Notes: generated by a model not told the origin, from the sequence alone. A stretch of 64,000 bases of DNA from an uncultured bacterium (GCA_966685145.1 CBKXXB010000001.1:633-64632); one strand, 5' to 3'. Positions 29,438 to 39,595 are shown, numbered from the stretch's first letter. Numbers and translations: made by a program.

Positions 29438-30474
29438 TTGAATTGTCCCAAAAAGTCCAGCTTGCCGGAGTTGAAGTGGCGGATATCCTCAATGCCGTAC
29501 TTGATCATGATGGGACGTTCTACACCAAATCCCCAAGCAAATCCTGTATAAACAGCCGGATCAATCCCCGCCATCCTGAGTACGTTAGGATGGATCATGC
29601 CGCAACCGCCAAGCTCAATCCAGCCCGAATAGCTACAAACGTTACAACCCTTCCTGTCGCAGAACACGCAGGTAGAAGCAAACTCAAACGACGGCTCCGT
29701 AAAAGGAAAGTAGAATGGCTGGGTTTTTACCTCTAATTCCTTTTGGTAATACTCCTGGAAAAAGGTTTTAAGAGTGGCAATTAGCATGCCGGCGTGTACG
29801 TTTTTGTCGACATAAAGTCCTTCATGCTGGTAAAAAGTGTGTTCATGCCGGGCATCCAGATCCTCATTACGAAATACGCGATCAGGAATAAGCACAGCAA
29901 TGGGGGCACCCTTATCAAGGTTGGGCTTGTATTTCTTAAGCATACGGTTTTGCATAGTACTGGTGTGTGCAGGCGCGATAAAACCTTCTTGCGTCACGAA
30001 ACTATCATAATCATCGCGTGCCGGGTGACCGGGAGGAAAGTTAAGACTATCAAACATGTGGTACTCATCATCAATCAGCCTGGATGACTCCACCATAAAG
30101 CCCATCCGGTAAAAGATATCAGCCACAATCTCTATCTCTTTCATAATCGGGTGCCTGCTGCCTGCATCGCTGGTTAACAATCGAGGCCTTTTGTCTTCCG
30201 GTGTATTAATATCGAACGGCGCCGTAACATCTATCGAAGCTAGTTTGACCGTGTCTCCAGAACCTTGGCTTTCGGCAAGCTCCTGAAGTTCCATTTTTAA
30301 GGCATTTACCTCTTTGCCAAAGCTTGCCCTTTGTTCGGGTGGCAGCATTTTTATTTCATCGTATAGAGCCTTAAGTTCAGTGGCCTTCAATACATCGGCT
30401 TTGTTTTCAAGCTCGTCAATGCGCCTTTTCAGTAGCTCTGCAACTTCGGCAATCTCAGGAATTTGATAGCCCAT
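29434..30474 (-). CDS. pheS: Phenylalanine--tRNA ligase alpha subunit
   Basis: 346 aa. Class II aaRS motifs, for example FRNEDLDARHEHTFYQHEG and GWIELGGCGMIHPNVL. Confidence 0.9.
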   Translation of the reverse strand: MGYQIPEIAEVAELLKRRIDELENKADVLKATELKALYDEIKMLPPEQRASFGKEVNALKMELQELAESQGSGDTVKLASIDVTAPFDINTPEDKRPRLLTSDAGSRHPIMKEIEIVADIFYRMGFMVESSRLIDDEYHMFDSLNFPPGHPARDDYDSFVTQEGFIAPAHTSTMQNRMLKKYKPNLDKGAPIAVLIPDRVFRNEDLDARHEHTFYQHEGLYVDKNVHAGMLIATLKTFFQEYYQKELEVKTQPFYFPFTEPSFEFASTCVFCDRKGCNVCSYSGWIELGGCGMIHPNVLRMAGIDPAVYTGFAWGFGVERPIMIKYGIEDIRHFNSGKLDFLGQFK

Positions 30475-30510
30475 ATCTGAACGTTAAGTATACTTGAACA
30501 AAAGAGGTTT

Positions 30511-31098
30511 TTACACCCCGCTCCCGAACTTTTTAAGGTTTAAAACTCCCGATTCGCGTACTTGCTTTAGGGCTTTTGCGTACTCCAGCAGGACTTTCAG
30601 TGAGTAATCAGCACGCTCGCGTACCCCGTTAACCACAATTTCGCCGTCAATCAGCACTTCCTTGACTTTGCTTATGCGCAAGTTCTCCGGCGAAACGACA
30701 AAGTGAGTATTTTTCTGACCCATTGCCTTAAGTTGCGCCAGTGGATAGGCGCCGCCAAGTCCATCACTCACGCCGACAAGCATTACCGGTTTATGAGCCA
30801 GGAAATGCTTATCGGTGCAGTAATGAAACATGTTATGCAGACCCACACTGAACATGCCATCCCATTCCGGCGTAACAAACACAAACCCATCACTGCTGCT
30901 TAATTCACTCTCGATTGGCGTCCACACTTCTTGCCATGGCCCCGTTTCCGTATCGTCATACAAGGGCAATCGCTGAGTGTTTAAGTCGACCAGGGCAGTG
31001 GACACGCCTAACCCGTCAAGCTTTTCTTGTAGATAGTGAGCAACACTAAGACTTTGCGAATTGGACCGGGTACTTCCTGACACCACAGTAATCTTCAT
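30511..31098 (-). CDS. NAD(P)H-dependent FMN reductase (flavodoxin-like fold)
   Basis: 195 aa. MKITVVSGSTRSNSQS N-terminus, typical of the SsuE/ArsH-like FMN_red family. Confidence 0.7.
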   Translation of the reverse strand: MKITVVSGSTRSNSQSLSVAHYLQEKLDGLGVSTALVDLNTQRLPLYDDTETGPWQEVWTPIESELSSSDGFVFVTPEWDGMFSVGLHNMFHYCTDKHFLAHKPVMLVGVSDGLGGAYPLAQLKAMGQKNTHFVVSPENLRISKVKEVLIDGEIVVNGVRERADYSLKVLLEYAKALKQVRESGVLNLKKFGSGV

Positions 31099-31121
31099 GA
31101 ACTGTAGTATACAATAAAGAT

Positions 31122-31619
31122 ATGGGTCAATTTTCTTTTGATATAGTAAGTGATTACGACAAGGCCGAGATGAATAACGTATTCGACCAGGTTCAGCGCG
31201 AGTTGGATAACCGGTATGATTTCAAAGGTACTCAGGCAGCAGTAGAATGGCTGAACGGAGAAAAAGCAGGCCTTAAAATTACCGGCGACAGCGATTACCA
31301 AATCGACGCAGTTTTGGACATTGTCAGGAAGAAATTGGGCGCACGCAACCAGAGCCAGAAAGTTCTCGACGTTTCTAGAGGATCTTCAACTAGCAACCTG
31401 AAAACTACTAAAGATGTACCGTTCAAACAGGGCCTTGATCAAGACAAGGCCAAGAAGATTACAACTCTTATTCGGGATAATTACCCAAAAGTTAAGACAC
31501 AGATACAAGGTGATGAGGTTCGCGTTACGAGCGGAAGCAAGGATGATCTACAAGCAACAATGCAGCTGCTACGTAATCAAGAATTCGATTTCCCTATCAA
31601 TTTTGTGAATTTCCGCTAA
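31122..31619 (+). CDS. yajQ: YajQ-family (UPF0234) nucleotide/c-di-GMP-binding protein
   Basis: 165 aa. MGQFSFDIVSDYDKAEMNNVFDQVQRELDNRYDFKGT closely matches the YajQ N-terminus. Confidence 0.8.
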   Translation: MGQFSFDIVSDYDKAEMNNVFDQVQRELDNRYDFKGTQAAVEWLNGEKAGLKITGDSDYQIDAVLDIVRKKLGARNQSQKVLDVSRGSSTSNLKTTKDVPFKQGLDQDKAKKITTLIRDNYPKVKTQIQGDEVRVTSGSKDDLQATMQLLRNQEFDFPINFVNFR

Positions 31620-32403
31620 GTAACTGGTTGGCCAGCCGTTCTGCCCGACTAGCCATTTCCGATATAGTGGGTGCTTGATGTATAACCGAGCCTGCAACCG
31701 CTTGCCAACCATCCCCTAAATGAAATTGCATTTCTTCAATAGGTTGCCAGCCGTCTTCTATGGAAAGCTGCGCATCCTCGGTGGCGGCTGCTTTACCAAG
31801 TTTTGCTACTAGGAAGGAGTAATTTCCTCTGCCCAATTGTCTATCCAAAAGGTTACGGTAGGCCGGCACTCTTTCGGGTTTGCCAGCAGCTCGAACCCAA
31901 AAGTCCCGCACACCACCATCTATAGCCGTGGTAACAATACTTTTAAGCAGCCTGTCTGGTGTATATCCTCCTTCGGCGGGCACATGGCGCCAAGACGTCG
32001 GTTCAATGCCCATAACTGCCCTTACACCTCTGCGGTGTACGGCGCTTAACCAGTACTTTACCTGCTCCGTACTCCCTTCATGCATCATCGGTGGGTAAAC
32101 AAGCACGGCTGCTATACCGGCATCACCGACCCATTCGGCAAATTCATCCGCCGTTTCGCGACCTCCGGAGCCTGCTCGTTTGTGGTTATAAAATACGTTC
32201 TTGTCGGGTACAACTTCCGCTAATTGACGGTTAGCTTCCTTGAGACTAAGATCTCCCAGTACTTTAGCGCTAAAGACACAAGACGGGACGCCTTCAATGC
32301 CGCTGATTGCTTCAGCAAAGTCAGCTAGCCGCTCTCCGGCAATGTCGGCAGCTGCGCAAAGGCCGGTTTCTGGTGGAATGAATGGAGCAACATCTTTACT
32401 CAT
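31597..32403 (-). CDS. Hypothetical protein (268 aa)
   Basis: Long ORF convergent with yajQ, overlapping it by 23 nt. No motif I can assign. Slightly GC-richer by eye than its neighbours. Confidence 0.45.
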   Translation of the reverse strand: MSKDVAPFIPPETGLCAAADIAGERLADFAEAISGIEGVPSCVFSAKVLGDLSLKEANRQLAEVVPDKNVFYNHKRAGSGGRETADEFAEWVGDAGIAAVLVYPPMMHEGSTEQVKYWLSAVHRRGVRAVMGIEPTSWRHVPAEGGYTPDRLLKSIVTTAIDGGVRDFWVRAAGKPERVPAYRNLLDRQLGRGNYSFLVAKLGKAAATEDAQLSIEDGWQPIEEMQFHLGDGWQAVAGSVIHQAPTISEMASRAERLANQLLSGNSQN

Positions 32404-32566
32404 AAGCTTTCCCAGTTACTTTCTTTACATATATTACCATGTATTCCAGATATATTGTCAACCAAGACAGAGAAGGCTATTGCTGTTAAACAAGGAATAA
32501 AATTATACAGAAATCGGAGCTGCATATGACCTCAGCATGTAGGCGTAATAAAGCTATAATATTCAT

Positions 32567-33469
32567 ATGCAGATAAACGTACCTACAAATGTTGCTGGTA
32601 TAAGATTTCAAAACCTCATGATGAATGGCGCCTACATACACAGCAAAACCGTCAGTGACGTTAAAAAACTTGCCCAATCATCAAGTGGGGCCGTAGTTGT
32701 CGGTTCAATTTCGGCTAAACCCCGCAAAGCTAACCCCAGCCAAGGTTACTGGTCTCATAAGGAACGGTTCTTTTCACTTAACTCCTATGGTTTACCAAAT
32801 GGCGGGATAGCATACTTCAAAGATGCACTGCCTAAAATGGTTGATCTAACGCACAGGGCTGGTAAACCACTTATAGCAAACGTGGTTGGATTTTCTAACG
32901 AAGAGTTTTCGGATCTTATTAAGCTTTCAAGAAAAGCCGGTGTTGATATGGTTGAACTAAATTTTGGCTGCCCGAACGTCTGGGAAAAAGGATCTCAAAA
33001 ACAAATACTCTCGTATCATCCAGGACAGGTTGAAAGCACTCTTCGGTACATTGCTGCGCAAAGGCCACAAGTTCCATTGTGCATCAAACTCTCGCCTCTG
33101 CCCCCCGATCTTTTACGAGAGGTGGCGCAGGTCATTTCTGGTTTTGAAATTGTACGCGCAGTAACTGCAACCAATAGCTATCCAAATTCCTCAATAACAA
33201 GCGGCGCTAAAAGTGGGGACGATTCTAGTGATATTCTGGCCGGTTTAGCAGGACGAGCTCTCAAACCGATTAGCGTTGGGGTAGTAAAACAACTCCGACA
33301 AGTTTTGCCAAAAGATATAGCTATTTTCGGCTGCGGCGGAATCAGTTCGATACGCGACGTGCAAGACTATATTGAGGCAGGCGTTCAAGCCATCCAAATA
33401 GCTACTGCATTATGTGATGAAGGTACGTCAGTTTTTGATAAAATCATCTTTCAGTCATCACACAGTTAA
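32567..33469 (+). CDS. Dihydroorotate dehydrogenase-family (class 1 PyrD/DHPD-like) FMN TIM-barrel oxidoreductase
   Basis: 300 aa. NFGCPN active-site motif and C-terminal FMN phosphate-binding GCGGISS. Confidence 0.65.
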   Translation: MQINVPTNVAGIRFQNLMMNGAYIHSKTVSDVKKLAQSSSGAVVVGSISAKPRKANPSQGYWSHKERFFSLNSYGLPNGGIAYFKDALPKMVDLTHRAGKPLIANVVGFSNEEFSDLIKLSRKAGVDMVELNFGCPNVWEKGSQKQILSYHPGQVESTLRYIAAQRPQVPLCIKLSPLPPDLLREVAQVISGFEIVRAVTATNSYPNSSITSGAKSGDDSSDILAGLAGRALKPISVGVVKQLRQVLPKDIAIFGCGGISSIRDVQDYIEAGVQAIQIATALCDEGTSVFDKIIFQSSHS

Positions 33470-33520
33470 GCGAGTATCATCTTATCTATGATATAATGTT
33501 GCAATAATTAATATCTTATT

Positions 33521-34522
33521 ATGTACTCAATGTCTACTCGTTTAAGTTGGCAAAACCCAGAAGTTTTTGATTCTTATAGATCTGGCCGCGATATGACCGG
33601 AGGTGTCGTGGCTCATCAAATCGGTCAAGTTGTGCTTACTGAATTGAACCCCGGTATGCGCGTTTTAGAGATGGGCGCCGGTGACGGCTACTTACGAGAA
33701 TGCGTAAGGAATAATTTACTTGACTCAGTAGTCTGGGTAGAGACTGATCAATCTGAAAGATACTTAGGGCTTTCAGCTTCAAGGAGAGAAACCAGGGTTG
33801 TTTCCGAGTTCCCAGTCACTCCATTCGCAGATGAAACGTTTGACGCCGTTATAGCCTTATCTGCATTCGATACATTACCCACCGACAGATTAACGGCCAG
33901 CCTGGAAGAGTGCACGCGAATCCTGAAGCTAGGCGGTACAGTACTACATATCCTCGACATGGCGGCCAATACTGACGACATATACAGTGAGGCACGGTCC
34001 CAGGGGCTACTGCCATTCCCAGCCATCATGCGCCGTGATGATGGCGAGGAAGTCTCCGGGGTGCACTATGTGCGCAAGATAAGTCTCCCGGAAGCCATCT
34101 CTAAAATGGACCAACCTGACAGTATCAAAGCCGTATTAATGCGTTTTGTCAGCAACTTTGAAGCAACCCAAGCATACGTTGGTCTAAACTATCCAGAGAT
34201 ATTTGATTATGTTGCCAGGATACTACTCAGAGAAGGTTTGGTTGAGAAAAGCTCAACCTCTTGGGAAAACTTTACGGATAAATTAGTAGCTTCGGCCTGT
34301 AAGGCTGGATTGGCGATGGTTCGCAACGAAGTTATAGAAGCGACAGCAAATGTCAGACGTCGAGATATCCCCAAACAAGTTAGAAATAAGGCGATTAGTG
34401 TTAAGCGTCGCTTTGGCGTTAGCAGCATTGACGAAGTAGAACCAAATGACCCGCGCCTAGGACCAAGGCTTAAGGTCAAATCTAATGTTTTAGTGCATAC
34501 GCTAAGAAAGTCGACGGGTTAG
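33521..34522 (+). CDS. Class I SAM-dependent methyltransferase
   Basis: 333 aa. Motif I VLEMGAGDGYL and a downstream acidic residue (motif II). Target unknown. Confidence 0.55.
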   Translation: MYSMSTRLSWQNPEVFDSYRSGRDMTGGVVAHQIGQVVLTELNPGMRVLEMGAGDGYLRECVRNNLLDSVVWVETDQSERYLGLSASRRETRVVSEFPVTPFADETFDAVIALSAFDTLPTDRLTASLEECTRILKLGGTVLHILDMAANTDDIYSEARSQGLLPFPAIMRRDDGEEVSGVHYVRKISLPEAISKMDQPDSIKAVLMRFVSNFEATQAYVGLNYPEIFDYVARILLREGLVEKSSTSWENFTDKLVASACKAGLAMVRNEVIEATANVRRRDIPKQVRNKAISVKRRFGVSSIDEVEPNDPRLGPRLKVKSNVLVHTLRKSTG

Positions 34523-34579
34523 TTAGAGCATCAGCCTTTAGACACAAGCATTATTAAGTGCGATATACTACGTAGTAAT

Positions 34580-35905
34580 ATGAGCACTACCTCCGATCTT
34601 ATAGAAAGTGCCAAAGCTGTTTTAAAGCTGAACGATCAGGGCTCTTACACTGTCCCAGCCGAAGGTTTATATCCCCACCAATGGTTATGGGATAGCTGTT
34701 TTATAGCCATCGGCCAAAGACATTACGATATTGACCGTGCACAGACTGAAATACTGCATTTGCTTAGCGGTCAGTGGAGCAATGGTATGGTCCCGAATAT
34801 TATATTTTCTGCGCATCATTATGCGCGCGATAGTAGAATGTGGCGTAGCTGGCTGAATCCGCATGCACCCGACCAGACGATAACAAGCGGTATTACTCAG
34901 CCTCCAATGTTAGCCGAAGCTATTTACCGCATAGGGCAAATGCTATCCTTGCCCGAGAGGCGTAGCTGGTACAAGAAAACCTATCCTGCTCTTCTTGACT
35001 ACCATAAATGGCTGCACACCGAGCGGGATCCGCATGGTGAGGGACTGGCACTGCAAATTCACCCCTGGGAAACCGGACTTGATAATACCCCGCCTTGGAT
35101 GCGTGAGCTCAAGGATCATCAAATGCCGCTTTGGATTCGCACGGTCGAAAAACTACACTTTGACAAGATCATCAGCCTCTTCCGACGCGATACGCATCGT
35201 ATACCGGCGGAGCAGCGACTGTCTACGGTTGAAGCGCTGGTTTTTTACAGTACCTTGAGACGACTGAGACGCAAATCATACGATCTTAGCCGGATTCTTA
35301 CGCACTCCTTGTTCGCGATTGAAGACCTAAGTTTTAATTGCATACTTATACGCGGCGATCAAATACTTTGCGACATAGCCAAAACCATACGCCACGAAAT
35401 CCCCAATGACTTGAAGGCATTAATGCAGAAGACCGAATCCGCACTTGATCAGCTGTGGGATCCGTACAGTAACCAGTATTATTCACGCAATTTCGTCACA
35501 CACAAGCTATTAAAAGAGTCGAGTATCGCCACCTTGATGCCGCTCTACGCAGGATGCATCACTAAGGAAAGAGCAGCCGTACTGGTCAAGCAGCTTGAGA
35601 ATAAGCATTTGTTCGGTCCGGCATATCCCGTTCCTAGCGTGCCCGTTAATTCAAGCTGGTTCAGTGAGGTAGGTTATTGGCAGGGTCCTTCTTGGGTTAA
35701 TACCAATTGGCTTATTATCGAGGGTTTGCTGCGATACGGATTCAAAGATCATGCAGAAGCCTTAATTGAGTCCACCATTGAGATGGTAGAAAAGGGTGGC
35801 TTCTATGAGTATTTCAGTCCGCTCACCGGTCAGCCGGAAGGAGCAAAGAATTTTTCATGGACTGCGGCCCTCGCAATCGATTTGTGCAATAAGAAAAGGC
35901 TCTGA
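34580..35905 (+). CDS. Six-hairpin glycoside hydrolase, GH63/MGH1-like (glucosyl-/mannosyl-glycerate hydrolase family)
   Basis: 441 aa. YPHQWLWDSCF and HPWETGLDNTPPW resemble conserved segments of GH63/GDE_C-type (alpha/alpha)6 hydrolases. Confidence 0.5.
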   Translation: MSTTSDLIESAKAVLKLNDQGSYTVPAEGLYPHQWLWDSCFIAIGQRHYDIDRAQTEILHLLSGQWSNGMVPNIIFSAHHYARDSRMWRSWLNPHAPDQTITSGITQPPMLAEAIYRIGQMLSLPERRSWYKKTYPALLDYHKWLHTERDPHGEGLALQIHPWETGLDNTPPWMRELKDHQMPLWIRTVEKLHFDKIISLFRRDTHRIPAEQRLSTVEALVFYSTLRRLRRKSYDLSRILTHSLFAIEDLSFNCILIRGDQILCDIAKTIRHEIPNDLKALMQKTESALDQLWDPYSNQYYSRNFVTHKLLKESSIATLMPLYAGCITKERAAVLVKQLENKHLFGPAYPVPSVPVNSSWFSEVGYWQGPSWVNTNWLIIEGLLRYGFKDHAEALIESTIEMVEKGGFYEYFSPLTGQPEGAKNFSWTAALAIDLCNKKRL

Positions 35906-35921
35906 ACTGGGCCTCTGTTTT

Positions 35922-37082
35922 TCAAAACCGAGCTAATTTATTACCTTTGCGCCAGGTTTTTACCGCCTCTTTGTATGGTTTGAAGTTCCGATAAATAGCA
36001 AGGTCGGCACGCCGTCGTACCAGCCAAGCACGGCGACCGCTCATCACACGTCTTGACGTTTGAAGAATTGCCCAGTTAGGGCCAATGGGCACAGCATAAA
36101 CTGGTATCTGCGCACGGTACCAAAATAGCGTTTTACCGCCTAGCTCTCGTATGAGGTTTCGAGCTACGAATTTGGCATCATGCAGCGCCGTTTGAGCCAT
36201 CCCCGCATAAGGCGTTGCCGCATTGTCCCCTATTACATATATACTTTCCTGCCCTGCGGCTTTTAGGTATTGGTCAACTTTTACTCGCCCTCGCTCCAGC
36301 TTAAAAACATTCGGATGGTCCGCGTAGAACCCTGGCGCTCGGCTGCCAGCTGTCCAAATAATCAAATCCGCAGACAAGTCGCCGCCGTCTAGACACACCT
36401 TGCCCGGTTCGCATGAGTTTAGCTGCGTATTCAGCATAACTTTAACGCCCAGCCGCTCCAGACGTCTTAGAGCCTTATACGAAGCAGCCGGTTTCAAACC
36501 AGGGAGAACCCTATTCGCACCTTCTATTATCACCACTTTCAGCCGTTTGGGTTGCAGTTTGTACTTTTCAGCCACAATTTGTGCAAAGTGCTGCAGCTCA
36601 CCAGCCAATTCGACACCCGCCGGCCCTGCACCCGCCACAACTATATGAAGAACCGGCTTGCTTGATTTAAAAAGCTCAACCAACTGATGGCGCAGAGCGA
36701 TCGTGCTAGATATCGTATCCAGACTCATGGTGGTCTCGTCCATGCCGGCGATACCGAAGTAGTTAACCACGTTACCAAGAGCCAGAATGAGCTTGTCATA
36801 TGAATATACATTACCCGTCTCGCTAACTACGCGTTGCTTGCCGGCATCAATACCGACAATTCTGTCTTGTGCGAACGTGATATTACGTACACCTTTCAGA
36901 ATATCTCTTAACGGCATAACTACTTCTAGCGGTGAGCGTCCAGTGCCAGAGCGATAGAGCGCTCCATGATATTCGAAGTTCGGTCTCTCGGATATCAGCG
37001 TAATCTCAAACCCGGGATTATTGGCCAGCTCAAGAGCAGTCTTAAGGCCTCCGAAGCCCCCACCGACAATAACGACTTTCAC
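35922..37082 (-). CDS. FAD-dependent pyridine-nucleotide oxidoreductase, type II NADH dehydrogenase (NDH-2)-like
   Basis: 386 aa. Two dinucleotide-binding motifs (VVIVGGGFGG and HIVVAGAGPAGVELAGEL), as in NDH-2. Confidence 0.7.
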   Translation of the reverse strand: MKVVIVGGGFGGLKTALELANNPGFEITLISERPNFEYHGALYRSGTGRSPLEVVMPLRDILKGVRNITFAQDRIVGIDAGKQRVVSETGNVYSYDKLILALGNVVNYFGIAGMDETTMSLDTISSTIALRHQLVELFKSSKPVLHIVVAGAGPAGVELAGELQHFAQIVAEKYKLQPKRLKVVIIEGANRVLPGLKPAASYKALRRLERLGVKVMLNTQLNSCEPGKVCLDGGDLSADLIIWTAGSRAPGFYADHPNVFKLERGRVKVDQYLKAAGQESIYVIGDNAATPYAGMAQTALHDAKFVARNLIRELGGKTLFWYRAQIPVYAVPIGPNWAILQTSRRVMSGRRAWLVRRRADLAIYRNFKPYKEAVKTWRKGNKLARF

Positions 37083-37084
37083 AC

Positions 37085-38146
37085 CTAATCATCTCCATTT
37101 GTCGGACGATCTAGTAGTAGCGCTTCTACTTCGGGGCTCTCACCGGCAATCTTATAAATGTCTGTGTCAACTTTTTTAAACTCTTTGCTGGCGCTATTGT
37201 AATGGTTGATTGTCGTACCCAGTGAGTTGCCCAGCTTTTCCATATAGATCTTATAGCTGCCGAGGTGCCGGCCTAACTTGCCGACATTGGTCTGGATATC
37301 CTTAGCCGTCTCCTCTATCTGAAGAGCGCGCAGGCCTTGGAGGACAGTTTGTAGATATGCCATAAAGGTAGTTGGGCTAACGATAATTACGCATTTCTCG
37401 CGGAACGCATACTCAAGCAGATCGCGCGCACTGGTACCGCTTGCGCCTACCTTATTAATAAGCAAGTCATAATATATCGCTTCTGAAGGAATGAACATAA
37501 ACGCATAATCCATAGTCCCTTCATTCGGCCTTATATACTTAGCCGTTTCATCGATTCTGTTTTTCAGGTCAGCCTTGAAGGCCCTTATATGCGCATCCTT
37601 GCGTTCTTTATTTCCTTCTGCTATCACGCGGTTGTAGTTTTCCAGACTAAACTTGCTGTCTACCGGCAAGACTTTGCCGTCCAGCTTGATTACCGCGTCC
37701 ACAATCTCACCGTCCTTAAAGCGATACTGCATCTGGTAACGATCAGGCGGTAAGACATTCTTGAGCACCTGGTCCAGATAATACTCGCCTAGTACCCCGC
37801 GCTGCTTGGGGTTTGACAGGACGGTTTGCAGCACTTTTAACTCACCTGCAATATCACCAACCTGCTGATTAGTCTTTTCAAGAGTAGTCAGTTTCTCGGT
37901 GACATCTTTAATAATCCCCGCGCTCTGCGCAAACTGTTTTAGCATCTGCGCATTGTTTTTATCCAGCCGCTCATTTAACTGTTGCTGCAGCCCGTCCTTA
38001 AGTTTAGTGACACTTTCGGTCAGATTAGTCAGGTCTTGCTTGATAAGAAGCGCCGAGCTGCTGTCCTGTGGTTGATTTTGTTTTCTCAGAAATAAATACA
38101 GCAAAACAGCATTAAGTAACCCGAGAATAATTACCGCCACAATCAT
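37085..38146 (-). CDS. rmuC: DNA recombination protein RmuC
   Basis: 353 aa. N-terminal TM, coiled-coil, and a C-terminal RmuC nuclease-like domain (RGVLGEYYLDQVL...VDSKF). Confidence 0.75.
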   Translation of the reverse strand: MIVAVIILGLLNAVLLYLFLRKQNQPQDSSSALLIKQDLTNLTESVTKLKDGLQQQLNERLDKNNAQMLKQFAQSAGIIKDVTEKLTTLEKTNQQVGDIAGELKVLQTVLSNPKQRGVLGEYYLDQVLKNVLPPDRYQMQYRFKDGEIVDAVIKLDGKVLPVDSKFSLENYNRVIAEGNKERKDAHIRAFKADLKNRIDETAKYIRPNEGTMDYAFMFIPSEAIYYDLLINKVGASGTSARDLLEYAFREKCVIIVSPTTFMAYLQTVLQGLRALQIEETAKDIQTNVGKLGRHLGSYKIYMEKLGNSLGTTINHYNSASKEFKKVDTDIYKIAGESPEVEALLLDRPTNGDD

Positions 38147-38178
38147 AGCTTGATTGTACTGTAAACCAGAGGTAAATG

Positions 38179-39000
38179 CTAATGCTCGTCTGATTCGGAG
38201 TTGTCATGCTTCAAGCTGTCGTTCGTCCCTGGAGAATGTTCCGTATCAATGTATTCGTGCGCGATTTCAGTAACACCGCCGACAACCAATATACCAAGTA
38301 TAAGTAACACTGCCGCCAAGGTTGCGAAACGCTCTTTAGCCCGCTCATGTATGGCTGGGATCAGATCACTAGCCGCAATGTAAATAAACAAACCGGCCGT
38401 GAGAGCTAGAAGCTCGCCCAGAGGCAAGCCCGCCTTAGTTCCGAGCCAGAATGTAAGCAGGCCTCCTACAAGCGTCGCTATCGCACTCAGGAAGTTGGCC
38501 AGCAGAACGTGCCTGCGCCGAAAGCCGGCCTTTAGAAGTAGACCAAAGTCGCCAATCTCTTGGGGAATCTCATGAGCTGCCACAGCCAGCGCCGTGACAA
38601 TACCAGTAGGAACACTAATAAGAAGCGCCGCACCTATAGCAACGCCGTCAATAAAGTTATGAATGGTATCGCTGATTATAATAAGCGGCGCCGCAGATTT
38701 AGCGTGCTCATGTTCTTTTAGATCATGATGATGGAACCAGTGCAGAAAATGCTCCAACAAGAAAAAAAGCACGATACCGGCTAGCACCCAGCGCGAAGCG
38801 GCACCCTGAGCGGTTAATTCGAACGAAGCAGGCATGAGATCGAAAAAGGCTGCAGCCAACAGAGCACCGGCGGCAAATGGTGTTGCGTAAGTGGCGAGCA
38901 TCAAGCTAGCGTGCTTGCCGCTGAGTAAAATAATCCCCCCAGCGAGTGAAAATACTCCGCCGAGCAACGAAAAAAGTATAACGTGTCCGTAATTTGCCAT
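38179..39000 (-). CDS. zupT: ZIP-family divalent metal (zinc) transporter
   Basis: 273 aa. HNFIDGVAIG and HEIPQEIGDFGLL are ZIP signature segments. His-rich loop HWFHHHDLKEHEH. Confidence 0.8.
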   Translation of the reverse strand: MANYGHVILFSLLGGVFSLAGGIILLSGKHASLMLATYATPFAAGALLAAAFFDLMPASFELTAQGAASRWVLAGIVLFFLLEHFLHWFHHHDLKEHEHAKSAAPLIIISDTIHNFIDGVAIGAALLISVPTGIVTALAVAAHEIPQEIGDFGLLLKAGFRRRHVLLANFLSAIATLVGGLLTFWLGTKAGLPLGELLALTAGLFIYIAASDLIPAIHERAKERFATLAAVLLILGILVVGGVTEIAHEYIDTEHSPGTNDSLKHDNSESDEH

Positions 39001-39064
39001 ATGGTTACTTGTTGCTGCTTTTAGATTAATTATCTGCCCTACCAGTGTATGCGTCTTTCATAGT

Positions 39065-39087
39065 AAATTGCAAAATTTTCGCAATTT
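39065..39087. promoter_or_regulatory. Candidate Fur/Zur-type operator in the zupT-zur divergent intergenic region
   Basis: AAATTGCAAAATTTTCGCAATTT is an AT-rich imperfect inverted repeat (AAATTGCaAAA / TTTTcGCAATTT). It lies between the divergently transcribed ZIP transporter and Fur-family regulator genes. Confidence 0.35.
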
Positions 39088-39103
39088 GGAGTAAGATTGC
39101 AGT

Positions 39104-39520
39104 ATGTCTGTTGAGGTTAAGCGGTTCAGAGAATTACTTACGGCAAATGGTTATTTTGTAACCCTGCCGCGAGTACGTTTATTCAAAATACTTCAAGCTC
39201 ACAATGAGTTGACAATACCGCAGCTGATTACCCTGCTAGACCTGCACGATCAAGCTACCGTTTATAGGAACATCAAGCTATTTGAGAATTTGGGAATAGT
39301 CAGCCGCCTGAGACTTGGCTGGCATTCTAAATTGGAGCTAAGCGACATCTTCCGGCATCATCACCATCACATGACTTGTCTTACGTGCGGCAAGGTCGTC
39401 ATCCTCAAAGACAACAGAGCCATTGAGCAGCAGATTGAACGCGTCAGCCATGCACTGAAGTTCAAATCAGTTGACCATCAATTGGAAATTCGTGGCTACT
39501 GCCACAAGTGTCAAAAATAG
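39104..39520 (+). CDS. zur: Fur-family metalloregulator, likely zinc uptake regulator
   Basis: 138 aa. Winged-helix N-terminus, an HHHH cluster, and two CxxC pairs (CLTCGK, CHKCQ). It is divergent from zupT. Confidence 0.75.
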   Translation: MSVEVKRFRELLTANGYFVTLPRVRLFKILQAHNELTIPQLITLLDLHDQATVYRNIKLFENLGIVSRLRLGWHSKLELSDIFRHHHHHMTCLTCGKVVILKDNRAIEQQIERVSHALKFKSVDHQLEIRGYCHKCQK

Positions 39521-39595
39521 ACCCTAGGCTACTAGCCCAGGGTCGTTGGAAGCCTCACACTTCCACCATAAGCATAATACCGGCAGACACGAGAT

